This document shows positions 1-11,366 of a stretch of 64,000 nucleotides of DNA, in pieces. Origin of the DNA: Macrostomum hystrix. Its lineage: Eukaryota > Animalia > Platyhelminthes. Each line of letters begins with the position of its first letter. Within the stretch, counting starts at the first letter, position 1. The notes under the pieces were generated by a model. The model did no database searches, had not been told where the DNA came from, and was given only the letters and a program-made list of their open reading frames with translations. The DNA lies in NCBI GenBank assembly GCA_950097015.1, contig CATNEN010000014.1:2108001-2172000 (forward strand), in the 5' to 3' direction. The position numbers and the translations under genes are program-made.

Positions 1-727
1 AAACGCGCATTCACTGCACGTCGCTAATTAATGGTGCATGTAATTAAGTATAAGTTATACTACTGATGCAGCGGTCCCTTGGCATGAGCATCTTACACGA
101 GCGGTGTCTCCGGGAATTTCAGTCATAGCTTTGCTATACCTTGCTCTGTTGCTCAATATTCACGGATGTAGAGTCAAATTAAAGAATAAACGCACAGATT
201 AAACAAGTTCTTAGTTCTTTACAACCCTTCGGGATGTAAGTTTAAGCTCCTCAAATAATATTTACTGAAGTAAGACAAACTATTTTGGGACTTAAAAATT
301 CCTTGACCCTATAACCCTTACACTAATTTCGGGAAAGCTTAGCTATCCGAACTGACTACCCTGATTACTCCGATGTTCTGAAGCACACAGTGTGATCTAC
401 GACTGTGTTCACTGTCAGACTGCTGTTTTGGTTCACGTGTTTAGTTAAGCCAATTTTGGATGTTTACATTTATAACAAAGGCTAACTGCTAGAACGAACA
501 AACGTTTATAATTTAATGAAGTAAAGAAACAAAGTAAAAATCGACGGAGAACCTTTTCAAAGCAAGAGGCTAAGTTAAAATAGCAAAGGTTAGCAAATTT
601 TTCTGCTAATTCGATGAATCGACAATACCGGTCTTGAACTATCATAATTCGGCAAGAACGCTATAGATAGCTAATTGCTCTTTTTATTGCAATCGATACG
701 AAGTTGCATTCTTGTTGCATACATCGA

Positions 728-3700
728 ATGCCAAGAGGTAATCGTACCAACTATATTTTGTTACATCTTATCTGATTGAAATAATTAAGCCTAGTGATCA
801 TACACTTCGATTACAACAATGGAATCACAAAAATAATATTTTTGCATTTTTGTATTGCGAAAATAACTTAGGCCTAAATTGTGTATGCTTATGTAGGGGG
901 GCCTATCTATAAAATGTTTTTGCATGCAAATGAGTAGGTTTGGCTTGGCTTTGAATTTCTATTCTACGTTATATAAATACTAGAACTGGGCTCATTGCTA
1001 CCTATCTCTGTTAATCAAGACCTAGTTAGGCCCCTATTATATTATACACTTACATATATTATGCAATAGGCCTACCTAATTGACTACATATTCCTAGATT
1101 CCTGCCCGACTACCTGAGTTTTTTGTTTTATAGAGCCTATTTTATATTATTTACAGACCTTAGCTCATGAGTCATGCCACACCTGGACCTGGCTATTAGT
1201 AGGCCTATGGCTCTGCCTACTTGTTTAGATGCAATTGAAAAAATGATCCATCAGAGTGATAAAGAAATGGTGTTAATATGATAATGATACACTGTATATT
1301 CAAATCTCCAAAGCAATTATGATTATTTAAGGGTGGATTTCTAATTGAAATTATCATCTTCAAAAGCTATAGCACTTTGGCATCTTATTCAAAGTAGGCC
1401 CTGTATAATTTTGGTTTTGGATGCTAATCAGCTCAATAAGAAATCAGCCTGAAAGTGTTAACATTCTAAAACTAGAGAATTTTATGTCTCTAGTTAGCAT
1501 GCATAGCTACTATGAAGAGAACTATGGAGTAGGCCTATGTGTTACAAAGTGGAGTGGCACCCCCTTAGTTTTAGAAGAATATAATTTTCAATGGTGTGGG
1601 TTATAATAGTGCATGTAACAATTGATACAAATAGTCCAGAGCAAATGACCATAAATCAAAAGTGCAATGTTCATATACTTTTGGTTTCCAGCAATCAATG
1701 GTGATTAGGCTATTTGATGAAAATGAAAATGAATTTTTTGTCTGTTGTATCAGATCAAATCATTTTTCTTTAAAAGTTACATTGAAATGATTGCCTTCCA
1801 AAACTGATAATATGCAAGTGTATGATCATTTAACTATTGTAACTGATTTGCAGTTCTTTTGTTCAAGCCATGATTTCTTAAGCACAGCAGACACGTTTCA
1901 AAGTTAATCATCAATTGTAACTAGTTTGACAAATAATGATTGATAATATTCAATCAATCATAGTATTGAAATATTTCTATATTTATTAAAATAACACTTT
2001 TTCCTATTTTCAATGTAGAAAAATACAATTGTTTTATCATGAGTACACATTTTGTTTTTGAGAGCTATACAAACAAGTTGTTACAACCCTAGTTTACAAA
2101 ATGACTTGAATCCTTAGGCATCCTAATTTCTCACGCTATTATAGATAGCTTCAATAGAGAGAGACCCAGTTCAATGCATGATACCAAGCTTGCAAGCCCC
2201 TTTTGGAAAGACGATTATGGCTTCCCCAAATAAGTAGCCGGTTATTTAAGGTAGATTTAGCCATTTCACCATTCATTAGGTTTAGCAATAGCCTAATCTT
2301 ACTGCTTAGCCAAATTCCACATGTAATAAGCGTAAATATATATTTCAACTGCTCTCTATTCATAACAATATAAAATAAGCAATCTGTACAAATGCAGGCC
2401 GAGGTCCGCAGCACAAAGGCGCCAGGCGTCAGTTCACAGATGAAGACACGCTCGCCCGCGAGGTCCAGGAGCTAGCCCTGGGTGGCGGTGGCCGGAACAA
2501 GAAAAAGGACGAGGCCTCCGAGGACAGCGACGCCTCTGGCAGTGGCGACGAGGCCAAGGAGGCCGGAGCTGCTGGGGGCAGTGATGACGAGGACTCCAAG
2601 GCGAAGGTAAACCGCAGATTTCTGGCTGCCACCCTAATCCCTTCCGACAGGCTGTACTAATCCGATCCAGCAGAATTCACTAATCCATTCCGACAGGCTT
2701 CACTAACCCGATCCAACAGGATTCACTAATCCGATCCGACAGGCTTCACTAATCCATTCCGACAGGCTTCACTAATCCATTCCGACAGGCTTCACTAATC
2801 CGATCCAACAGGCTTCACTAATCCATTCCGACAGGCTTCACTAATCCGATCCAACAGGCTTCACTAATCCATTCCGACAGGCTTCACCAATCCGATCCGA
2901 CAGGCTTCACTAATCCGATCCGACAGGCTTCACTAATCCTTCCTACAGGCTTCACTAATCCGATCTAACAGGATTCACTAATCCTTCCTACAAGCTTCAC
3001 CAATCCCTTCCGACAGGCTTCACTAACCCTTCCGACAGGCTTCACTAATCCGATCCGACAGGCTTCACTAATCCATTCCGACAGGCTTCACTAATCCATT
3101 CCGAAGGCTTCACTAATCCATTCCGACAGGCTTCACTCTTCGGCCTCGGCCGAGTCCCTTGCAATTCTATCCCACCTTGATTAATTTCACACCAACCAAC
3201 CCGCTTGCAGGCGCGCGGAGTGGAGCACCTGATCGAGTCTGAGAACCCGAACCGGCTGCCGCCTGCCACCAAGTCGGTGAAGAAGCTGGGCACTGACGCC
3301 GCTGCGCCCGAACTGTCCCGCCGCGAGCGTGAGGAGCTGCAGCGGCAGCGGGATCGCGAGGCCTACGAGAGGCTGCACGCGCAGCACAAGACTGCCGAGG
3401 CTCAGGTGAGCAGTTGCTATGCTCACGACTAGCCAGTGCTCAACCAGTCTACTCAGTTCTCTCAATGTGCCACGTTGAGAAAGAAATGTAGATCTATTCA
3501 TCCCATGACATAAAGGCTGACCTATATTCCCATCTAAATCCCAATCCCAGGCAGACATACATTAGTGAATCCCATCTAAATCCCAATCCCAGGCAGACAT
3601 ACATCAGTGAATCCCATCTAAATCCCAATCCCAGGCAGACTTACATTTGTGAATCCCATCTAAATCCCACTCCCAGCTACACCTACATCTTTGAATCCCA

Positions 3701-4324
3701 TCTAAATCCCAATCCCAGATGCACCTACATCTTTGAATCCCATCTAAATCCCAATCCCAGGAAGACCTACATTAGTGAATCCTATCTAAATCCCACTCCA
3801 AGGTGCACCTACATCTTTGAATCCCATCTAAATCCCAATCCCAGATGCACCTACATCTTTGAATCCCATCTAAATCCCAATCCCAGGTGCACCTACATCT
3901 TTGAATCCCATCTAAATCCCAATCCCAGGCAGACATACATTAGTGAATCCCATCTAAATACCAATCCCAGGCAGACATACATCAGTGAATCCCATCTAAA
4001 TCCCAATCCCTGGTGCACCTACATCTTTGAATCCTATCTAAATCCCAATCCCTGGTGCACCTACATCTTTGAATCCTATCTAAATCCCAATCCCAGGCGG
4101 ACCTGGCAAGGCTGGCAATTGTGCGCGCCCAGCGCGAAGAGGCCGCCAAGAAGCGCGAGGCGGAGCGCCAGTCGAAGGAGGGCGACGCCCAGCGCCGGCG
4201 AGACGATGTGGAGAAGACGGTCGCCGCCAAGCCGGCGGCTGTGGGCCGCGGCGGAAGGAGCCGGGCAAAAAAAGAGCGCGAGAAAGAGAAAAAGCAGCAG
4301 GCGGCAGGTGCGGCTGACTCGTGA
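728..4324 (+). CDS. PDAP1: PDGFA-associated protein 1 / 28 kDa heat- and acid-stable phosphoprotein, 4 exons
   Basis: Exons 728-737 (ATG CCA AGA G|gtaatc), 2398-2606, 3211-3405 and 4097-4324; all GT-AG and phase-consistent. Protein MPRGRGPQHKGARRQFTDED...GVEHLIESENPNR...ELSRREREEL...ADLARLAIVRAQREEAAKK matches HASP28/PDAP1 family motifs. Confidence 0.9.
2635..3137 (+). repeat. Minisatellite, ~23-25 bp unit (TTCCGACAGGCTTCACTAATCCA), PDAP1 intron 2
   Basis: Direct tandem periodicity. Confidence 0.95.
3520..4103 (+). repeat. Minisatellite, 42 bp unit (GAATCCCATCTAAATCCCAATCCCAGG...), PDAP1 intron 3; last unit forms the 3' splice site
   Basis: Tandem 42-bp period; final unit aatcccaatcccag|GCGGACC. 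Confidence 0.95.
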
Positions 4325-5034
4325 TTGGCGTGTTCACCTTCGCTGTGTTCATCATTATCAATTTAAAAAACCAAGCTTGCTGGCTTCATGACTGCAGGGC
4401 CAAGTCGGACTCTAGATCCCTATTCGCTTGGCAACATTTTTGTTGATATTAGTTACGGATGTTTAGGCGAGTTTTCGGGCTATGCAAATGTGCAAATCGG
4501 AATTCGAGGTGCCATTGCAAATGAAGCAGGTGAGATCAATTAAGGTCAAAGGCCAATTCAGTCCATTCGAAGTTTTAATTTAACTAGTATTAATGAATAT
4601 TGTTTAAACCGGACATAATTGCTGCTTCAAGTCCTAATTTATTAATCCTGCCTGCTTTTCCTGTCTGTTGTGCGTCTGTCAGTTGCTCCGCTTAGATTTC
4701 GCCTCCCTTCTGCTTGGTTCCCGGGCCTCTGTATTTCAGTTTCATCGTAGGGAATCAGATTAACAAAATTGTTCTGTGGTTCATTTGCTGTGGCTTAAAA
4801 TATGTTACCTAGACCGCATGAGCTACGCGATCTCAACTATGCGACTAAACTAATAAATCCTGTGAGGATTGAGGCCGCGCCGGCAGTTCGACTGTCCCTC
4901 TGTCTGTAATATTAAAGCCGGCGTGTTTTAAATTGCAAAAATGACACAAACTTGCTGCCGCCCTGCGACTTGATTTTCTTCTTCTAAGTTAACAGCTAAT
5001 ACTGCTTTTACGGAACTGGTTATACACTTCTTTT

Positions 5035-5595
5035 GGGAAATGGTTGGGTTTCGTTTTGGGAAATTGTTAGGTTTTAGTTTGGGAAATGGTTGGGTTTCGG
5101 TTTGGGAAATGGTTAGGTATTAGTTAGGGAAATGGTTAGGTTTTAGTTTGGGAAATGGTTGGGTTTCGGTTTGGGAAATGGTTAGGTATTAGTTAGGGAA
5201 ATGGTTGGGTTTCGGTTTGGGAAATGGTTAGGTTGTAGTTTGGGAAATGGTTGGGTTTCGGTTTGGGAAATGGTTAGGTTGTAGTTTGGGAAATGGTTGG
5301 GCTTCGGTTTGGGAAATGGTTAGGTTGTAGTTTGGGAAATGGTTAGGTTTTAGTTTGGGAAATGGTTAGGTTTTAGTTTGGGAAATGGTTAGGTTTCGGT
5401 TTGGGAAATGGTTGGGTTGTAGTTTGGGAAATGGTTAGGTTTTAGTTTGGGAAATGGTTAGGTTTCGGTTTGGGAAATGGTTGGGTTGTAGTTTGGGAAA
5501 TGGTTGGGTTTCGGTTTGGGAAATGGTTAGGTTTCGGTTTGGGAAATGGTTAGGTTTCTGTTTGGGAAATGGTTGAGGAAATGTTTTGGTTTTGG
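5035..5595 (+). repeat. G/T-rich minisatellite, 23 bp unit (GGGAAATGGTTAGGTTTTAGTTT), intergenic
   Basis: Tandem 23-bp period between PDAP1 and the CCCH gene. Confidence 0.95.
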
Positions 5596-6208
5596 GAAAA
5601 ATTGACTTTGTACATGAAGTAGAAGTATTCGTTTGTATTTTGAGATTGTAGTAATTAAGTTCGGTTTCGGCAACTAGTAAGTGTTTTTTGTGGTCTACAA
5701 TAATGCGATTTAGTATAGTACGAAATGGCGTGTTAGTATGAAATAAAAGGTTTCAGAATTTGTTAAAGCTATAACTTATGGTGACTACTGATGCACTATT
5801 CGTGTTGGCTTGTTTGAATCGCACACACTACCCTTGCCGTCTTTTATTCCGATGCGAGTCGGTCAATTATCACTGCGCTGCCACTGGATTGTCTGAGAGA
5901 AATCACAGATTTGAAGATATGCTTATTTCGCAACTATAGGGCCAAGTGAAATGTACGCAGCGGGGACGAGATATTTAGTGTACATTGCGACCTCATTCCG
6001 TCTACCCCAGCTAACCACGACTCGGCCATCAGACTCTATCCCTTCCTCGTCTCTGATTGGTTAAGCTTATTTTAAGCTTCGTATTCCGACCCTCATTTCC
6101 TTTACTGCGGCACCCCATAGCTGATTGGCTAGCCGAGACCGTAATCCGCTGGCCACCGCAGCGCCTCAGCCCCCTCACCGCGGCGCAAGTTGTTGCTGTT
6201 TTTGTACC

Positions 6209-6214
6209 TATAAA
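6209..6214 (+). promoter_or_regulatory. Candidate TATA box of the CCCH gene
   Basis: TATAAA ~85 nt upstream of ATG 6299; reverse CCAAT motifs (ATTGG) further upstream. Confidence 0.4.
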
Positions 6215-6298
6215 TCACTGAGCCAAGTCGCAATAGCTGGGGGCGTCTGCGCATTGCCAATAGATTTGTTCAGTCTTCTACACAGCGGAGTTGTATCC

Positions 6299-7690
6299 AT
6301 GTCGACCGACTGCCAGCAGCAACAACAGTCTGTGGAGCCACAGGCAGCTGCGGTTCCGCCTGCAACTTCGGCAGCAATCACAGCCGGCAGCTCCGAGCCG
6401 CAGATGCTGATGGTGCAGGCGGACTACTCAGCCGCTTACTATTACACTCAGCCTGCCCCTGTGCCGTACGCCTACTCCTCCGCCTCCGATCCTTCCGGCG
6501 TGCAGTTCCAGCAGGCAGTGCCGCAGCCCTACTATCCTCAGGAGCTGGTCCAGCCGCACTGCGTATACTATTATCCACCGCCACCCATGTGCGTCCCGGG
6601 CCCCGACCCGATGGCGGCTGCCGCTGTCTATGGCCAGGGCGTTGCGGCTTCCATGCCGTCAGGATATGCGGCCTTCTATCATCAGCCAGCAGCTGCTGGG
6701 CTGACCATGCCGCCGCCGCCTCCTCCACCTCATCAGCAGCAGCCGATGGCCCTGCCGCCGAGCTCGCAGCCGTTGCAACCGCCGCCTTTGATGCAGCAGC
6801 AACCGTTGCTGATGCCGCCCAGCACATCCGCTTCTTCCATGACTGCTGGCGGCTGTCCGTGCTGCTCCGCTCCTCGACATCATCAGATGGCGCAGCCTAC
6901 TATTCAGCTGCCGCCGCTGCCACAGCCACCGCCCCAGGCGCCGCAGCCGCAGCTCCTTCGTGAGCAGAGCCGGAGCAGCAGCTGCGACAGCGCCTACCGC
7001 ACTGTGTCCACTAGCGACCTGGCCGACATCAACCAGAACAGACCCACTCCGCAACAGCTGTTGGTGCCTTCGCAGCAGCAGCCGTGGGTTGCGCGCAGGA
7101 ACTCGCAGCAGCAGCAGCAGGTCCAGATTCAGAAGCGCTGGAAGACCGGCTACCTCCGCAACATTCTTTACAAGACTGAAATGTGCCGCGACGTGGCCCA
7201 GCGCGGCGCCTGCCCGCGCGGCGTCACATGCCAATTCGCGCACTCCGAGGCCGAGCTGCTGAGCCCCAGCCAGCACCCGCTCTACAAGACCGCCTTCTGC
7301 TTCGACTACAAGAACCGCGGCCACTGCCAGCGCGGCGACCACTGCTTCCATGCGCACCAGCCTGGCGAGCTGCGGCCCGCCCCGCCGGCTGAGATGCAGA
7401 CCCCACCCTCTGCCGCCTGCGCCCTGCTGCGCCCCCTGCCCCAGCAGCAGCTGTCTGGCTCCGGCGTCAGGCGCGAGTCCACTCCGAGATCGCTTGCAGG
7501 TGGCCTTCCAGCTTCGGCCGGCGCGTTCAAGACGCTGACAGCGCGGCTTGGCGGCGGCGCCAGCGGCAGCGGCAGCTTGCTGGCCTCCGCCAAGCAGCAG
7601 CTGCACTTCAGTGCCGGCGGCAGTCCGCAGTTCTCCACCGAGCGGCGCCTGTCGCTGACATCCGGGCCGGCCAGCCGCTCGGGCTACTGA
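6299..7690 (+). CDS. Intronless ZFP36/TIS11-family tandem CCCH zinc-finger RNA-binding protein with Q/P-rich N-terminus
   Basis: YKTEMCRDVAQRGACPRGVTCQFAH...YKTAFCFDYKNRGHCQRGDHCFHAH gives two C-x8-C-x5-C-x3-H fingers with YKT lead-ins. First ATG at 6299 within ORF 6125-7690. Confidence 0.88.
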   Translation: MSTDCQQQQQSVEPQAAAVPPATSAAITAGSSEPQMLMVQADYSAAYYYTQPAPVPYAYSSASDPSGVQFQQAVPQPYYPQELVQPHCVYYYPPPPMCVPGPDPMAAAAVYGQGVAASMPSGYAAFYHQPAAAGLTMPPPPPPPHQQQPMALPPSSQPLQPPPLMQQQPLLMPPSTSASSMTAGGCPCCSAPRHHQMAQPTIQLPPLPQPPPQAPQPQLLREQSRSSSCDSAYRTVSTSDLADINQNRPTPQQLLVPSQQQPWVARRNSQQQQQVQIQKRWKTGYLRNILYKTEMCRDVAQRGACPRGVTCQFAHSEAELLSPSQHPLYKTAFCFDYKNRGHCQRGDHCFHAHQPGELRPAPPAEMQTPPSAACALLRPLPQQQLSGSGVRRESTPRSLAGGLPASAGAFKTLTARLGGGASGSGSLLASAKQQLHFSAGGSPQFSTERRLSLTSGPASRSGY

Positions 7691-8197
7691 GCAGCTTCCG
7701 CGCGCATGTTTTTAATTCATCCGCCATGCTTTTTACTACTTTTTCCTGCTCAGAGTTTGTAAATATGCCTTCGTGAACTCGATTTTTGATCCCCCTCAGT
7801 GCCAATTGCCATTTACTATTTAGCCTGCGAACTCTTATGAACTCTAATAGCTGCGTTACCGCATCGAATACCGCATTTTCTCTGAGCCGCACTTTGAGTC
7901 CCTGCTCAGCCTCTGGGCTGGGCGGCGCATTGCATTTTTGCACTCTTATTCTTTCTTGATCTCGGATTTCTCGAAATAAAGTCGGATTCACCAGCTGCCG
8001 CTCAGCTGCCTACTTGCAGTAGTGCAGCGATGCCAAACTCGCAACAAGCAGCTGCTTTACTTCTAGAGTCGATGCTCATTATAAGCTAACAAAATATGAA
8101 TCTACGGCAATTAGTTATTCACTTAACAACGTTTGTACTTTCCCGCAGCCAGCGAATTTGATTTCTCGAGTAAAGTCGCAGCCAATCCGGCATTCTC

Positions 8198-8559
8198 AAT
8201 AATAATAATTGCAGGAGGGCTGCGGGCAATGACACATAGTTTGGTGACACTAGACCCGCAGCCAGCGAGGAGGCAATTCTGCCCATTTCGCTGACTCCTG
8301 AGCACACACGCACACAGATACAGTACGCAGGCATACGCTCACACAGGTGTGTACATCTGCCCTGACTTTCTCATCGTCAGGCAGTGTACACTCGAACTGT
8401 GCCTTGGAGGTTGGCCCTCAAGGGCGTAAATTGCACGACAAGCCCCCAAGCCTTCTCTCCGCGGCTGCGCCCCAAATAAATGGGGCCTCGCCGTGGAATC
8501 GAACTTAGGGACTGTGGTGCGAGTGGCAAACGCGTTAACCGCTCTGCCACCGACCCCCT
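8198..8559 (-). mobile_element. tRNA-derived SINE family A, full-length copy with TSD
   Basis: Minus strand starts GGGGGTCGGTGGCAGAGCGG (A box) ... GTTCGATTCC (B box) and ends in (ATT)n. Direct repeat CCGGCATTCTC at 8187-8197 and 8560-8570. Other copies at 39747-40100, 49281-49568 and 26003-26045. Confidence 0.88.
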
Positions 8560-8600
8560 CCGGCATTCTCACAGTCTCCTAAATTTGGTACTAAAGTAAC

Positions 8601-9640
8601 TTGAGTAGTAGCCAAGCAACAACCCAGACCTCGGGGTTGAAAATCATGCACCTCAACTGCAGAGGGTTTCACCTCGAGAGCAGAGAACTCACACAATTGG
8701 TCATTAGTCAAGATATTGACATTGCTCTCTTCTCTGAAACCATTCTCAAGAGTTCGCACACTGTCCAGATTCCTGGCTACTCCATCATCCGGTACGACAC
8801 TCCGCATGTCAGACGCGGCCTGCTGCTTGCTCACTCACCCCGCGTCAAACTCACCAATGTTCGCTTGCACTACGACAACGTGAACCATGAAGCCATCTCC
8901 TGCACCGTCAGCTTGTCTGGCATCTCCCACGGTGCCGACTTTAATCTGGCTCTGGTGTACAGGTCTCCGGCATCTTACCACCTGAACCTGCTCACGAGCC
9001 TGGTCTCGGGCAGTCGCAGTGTTCTCCTTGGCGACCTCAATGCCAGACACCGCTTCCTTGGCGGTGACAGCAGCAACAACATGGCTGGCTATGGGCTGTA
9101 CGACTGGCTCTCTGAAGGTCCGTCCTCGCGCAGCATCCTCAATCGAGTTGGCCAGTTCACCAGAATCGCCACCAAGAAAGGCGCCATTTCAAGGAATGTC
9201 TTGGACCTCGGCCTGGCTACGGAGGACTTTCTGTCTTTGTGCAGGACTTTGCAGGCGGGTCCTGGCTTGGACAGCGACCATCCGCCAATCATCCTCACCC
9301 TCAACATTCAGTCGGCAAAGTGGGCAGGTCGCGCGAAACCGAAAAACTTTTCCAAAACCAAGTGGGACCAGTTCAGGCTGAGGATCAGTGAAGCCCTTCT
9401 TCCTGACCAGCCGACTCGCTTATCGAGTGCTCAGCAAATTGACAATGAGGTCGAGCCCATCACAAAGGCCATCCACACGGTCATTGAGTCGACTGTGCCA
9501 GACTGTGGTGGCCGAAATGCTCTGCCCAGGCACATCCTCGAGCTGATCAAAGCTCACCAAGCTCACCAGGCTGTGTGAGAACACTGTCGAGAACAGCAAG
9601 GTCAAGAACTTTTGGCATGACACCAGGAAGCTTCAAGCCC
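8601..9640 (+). mobile_element. Non-LTR retrotransposon ORF2 fragment: APE-type endonuclease domain, RT absent
   Basis: Motifs HLNCRG, LFSET, YRSP, LLGDLNARH, VLDL and SDHPPI, then linker FSKTKWDQFR. Frame breaks at a short AAGCTCACCA duplication (~9550-9570); sequence becomes AT-rich after ~9650. Confidence 0.88.
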
Positions 9641-10149
9641 AGCACCATCAAATTAATGTTACATTTTTACTTTTACCTATTTTTCTACTTGAAATGCACT
9701 GCCAAGTCTAGAAATGTTTTTAATTCGCATTTCACGTTTCAATTTACACTTTTAGATTCTCTTTTTTATAAAAATATTCTAATCACAAATATTTCTGCAT
9801 GCATGCCGTTTAGATTTCCCTTTTTTATCAGATCCCTTCTTTGTGCGGGATTCCCACAATTCCCACGTATATTTCTTCCAATATTTTTCTCAATGCGTGT
9901 CTAAATATAGGCAAATATTGAATTCTTGTTTCATTGCATTATTATTTATGTTCAATATTCGCATACAATAATCTAGATCGAATCGCGTGTCAATACTTTC
10001 TTAAATTCTATAAAATATAATTTGAATCTCTGCGGCACAGTCTTTCGAAACTGATCCGCGTCCCAGCCTTTTTTGGGGTTTTGCTACCAAACAACAAATT
10101 TGGTAGCCCTTCATAGCCCGCCCTACGGGTTGAAGTTGCAGGGAGACGG

Positions 10150-10856
10150 TGGCAGATGCAGTAAGTCGGTAGAGGTTGCAGGAAGTCAGTGGAGGTTGCA
10201 GGGAGTCAGCTGAGGTCGCATTGAGTCAGTGGAAGTGGCAGGGAGTCAGTGCAGGTTGCAGGGAGTCAGTGGAGGTTGCAGGGAGTCAGTGGAGGTTGCA
10301 GGGAGTCAGTGGAGGCTGCAGGGAGTCAGTGGAGGTTGCAGGGAGTCAGTGGAGGTTGCAGGGAGTCAGTGCAGGTTGCAGGGAGTCAGTGCAGGTTGCA
10401 GGGAGTCAGTGCAGGTTGCAGGGAGTCAGTGGAGGTTGCAGGGAGTCAGTGGAGGCTGCAGGGAGTCAGTGGAGGTTGCAGGGAGTCAGTGGAGGTTGCA
10501 GGGAGTCAGTGGAGGTTGCAGGGAGTCAGTGCAGGTTGCAGGGAGTCAGTGCAGGTTGCAGGGAGTCAGTGGAGGCTGCAGGGAGTCAGTGGATGTTGCA
10601 GGGAGTCAGTGGAGGTTGCAGGGAGTCAGTGCAGGTTGCAGGGAGTCAGTGCAGGTTGCAGGGAGTCAGTGCAGGTTGCAGGGAGTCAGTGCAGGTTGCA
10701 GGGAGTCAGTGGAGGCTGCAGGGAGTCAGTGGATGTTGCAGGGAGTCAGTGGAGGTTGCAGGGAGTCAGTGGAGGTTGCAGGGAGTCAGTGGAGGTTGCA
10801 GGGAGTCAGTGGAGGTTGCAGGGAGTCAGTGGAGGTTGCAGGGAGTCAGTGGAGCC
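10150..10856 (+). repeat. Minisatellite, 20 bp unit (GCAGGGAGTCAGTGGAGGTT)
   Basis: Tandem 20-bp period; explains the three repetitive ORFs in the track. Confidence 0.95.
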
Positions 10857-11366
10857 AAATGATTGATGGAATGCAATCGAGATCAAAAGTATTTCATGGT
10901 TCCTTCTTCAGCTCCCCTTCTTCAATATAAAGCATCTATAACATCTATTTATTTTAAACTACATCGCTCCATGCAGCATATTCAAGTCTTCAAAGCTTCA
11001 CATAAAGACGTCAATACAAGTTTATTTAGTTTACAGAATGAGTTGTATGAATTTCAGAGTTATTGGGCCGTGTCCAGCAAATGCTGGAAAAGTAGTATGC
11101 AATGGAAATATGCTGTGAAATATACTTTTACCGTATAGAGTAAGCTCAGCCAAAAGATAAGATCGATAGAAAAGTGAATCGTACAGACTTCTCGGGTGAC
11201 AAGTGACAGTATAATGAATATTCTTTCATGTGTGCGCAGGTGTGAAGGTGACAAGACTTGCTAGCATGAGATCTCATGACCTCAGCTACTGGGTTGCTAG
11301 GTATAGAATGCCATGTGAATGAGTATTAGTTGGAGTTAGGATCCAGCTTAGTTTTTGCCTGTCCGG

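Noticed and set aside
1783-1850. Possible C/D snoRNA in PDAP1 intron 1 (ATGATT...CTGA...CTGA)
   Set aside because: Degenerate C box, no terminal stem, single copy, only a short possible rRNA match.
5035-5595. Interstitial telomere
   Set aside because: TTAGG occurs only inside a 23-bp unit; not a pure telomeric repeat.
8480-8559. tRNA gene
   Set aside because: A and B boxes are the head of a multi-copy SINE with a tail and TSD; no proper cloverleaf end.
10176-10930. Cys-rich repetitive ORFs in three frames
   Set aside because: Products of a 20-bp tandem array.
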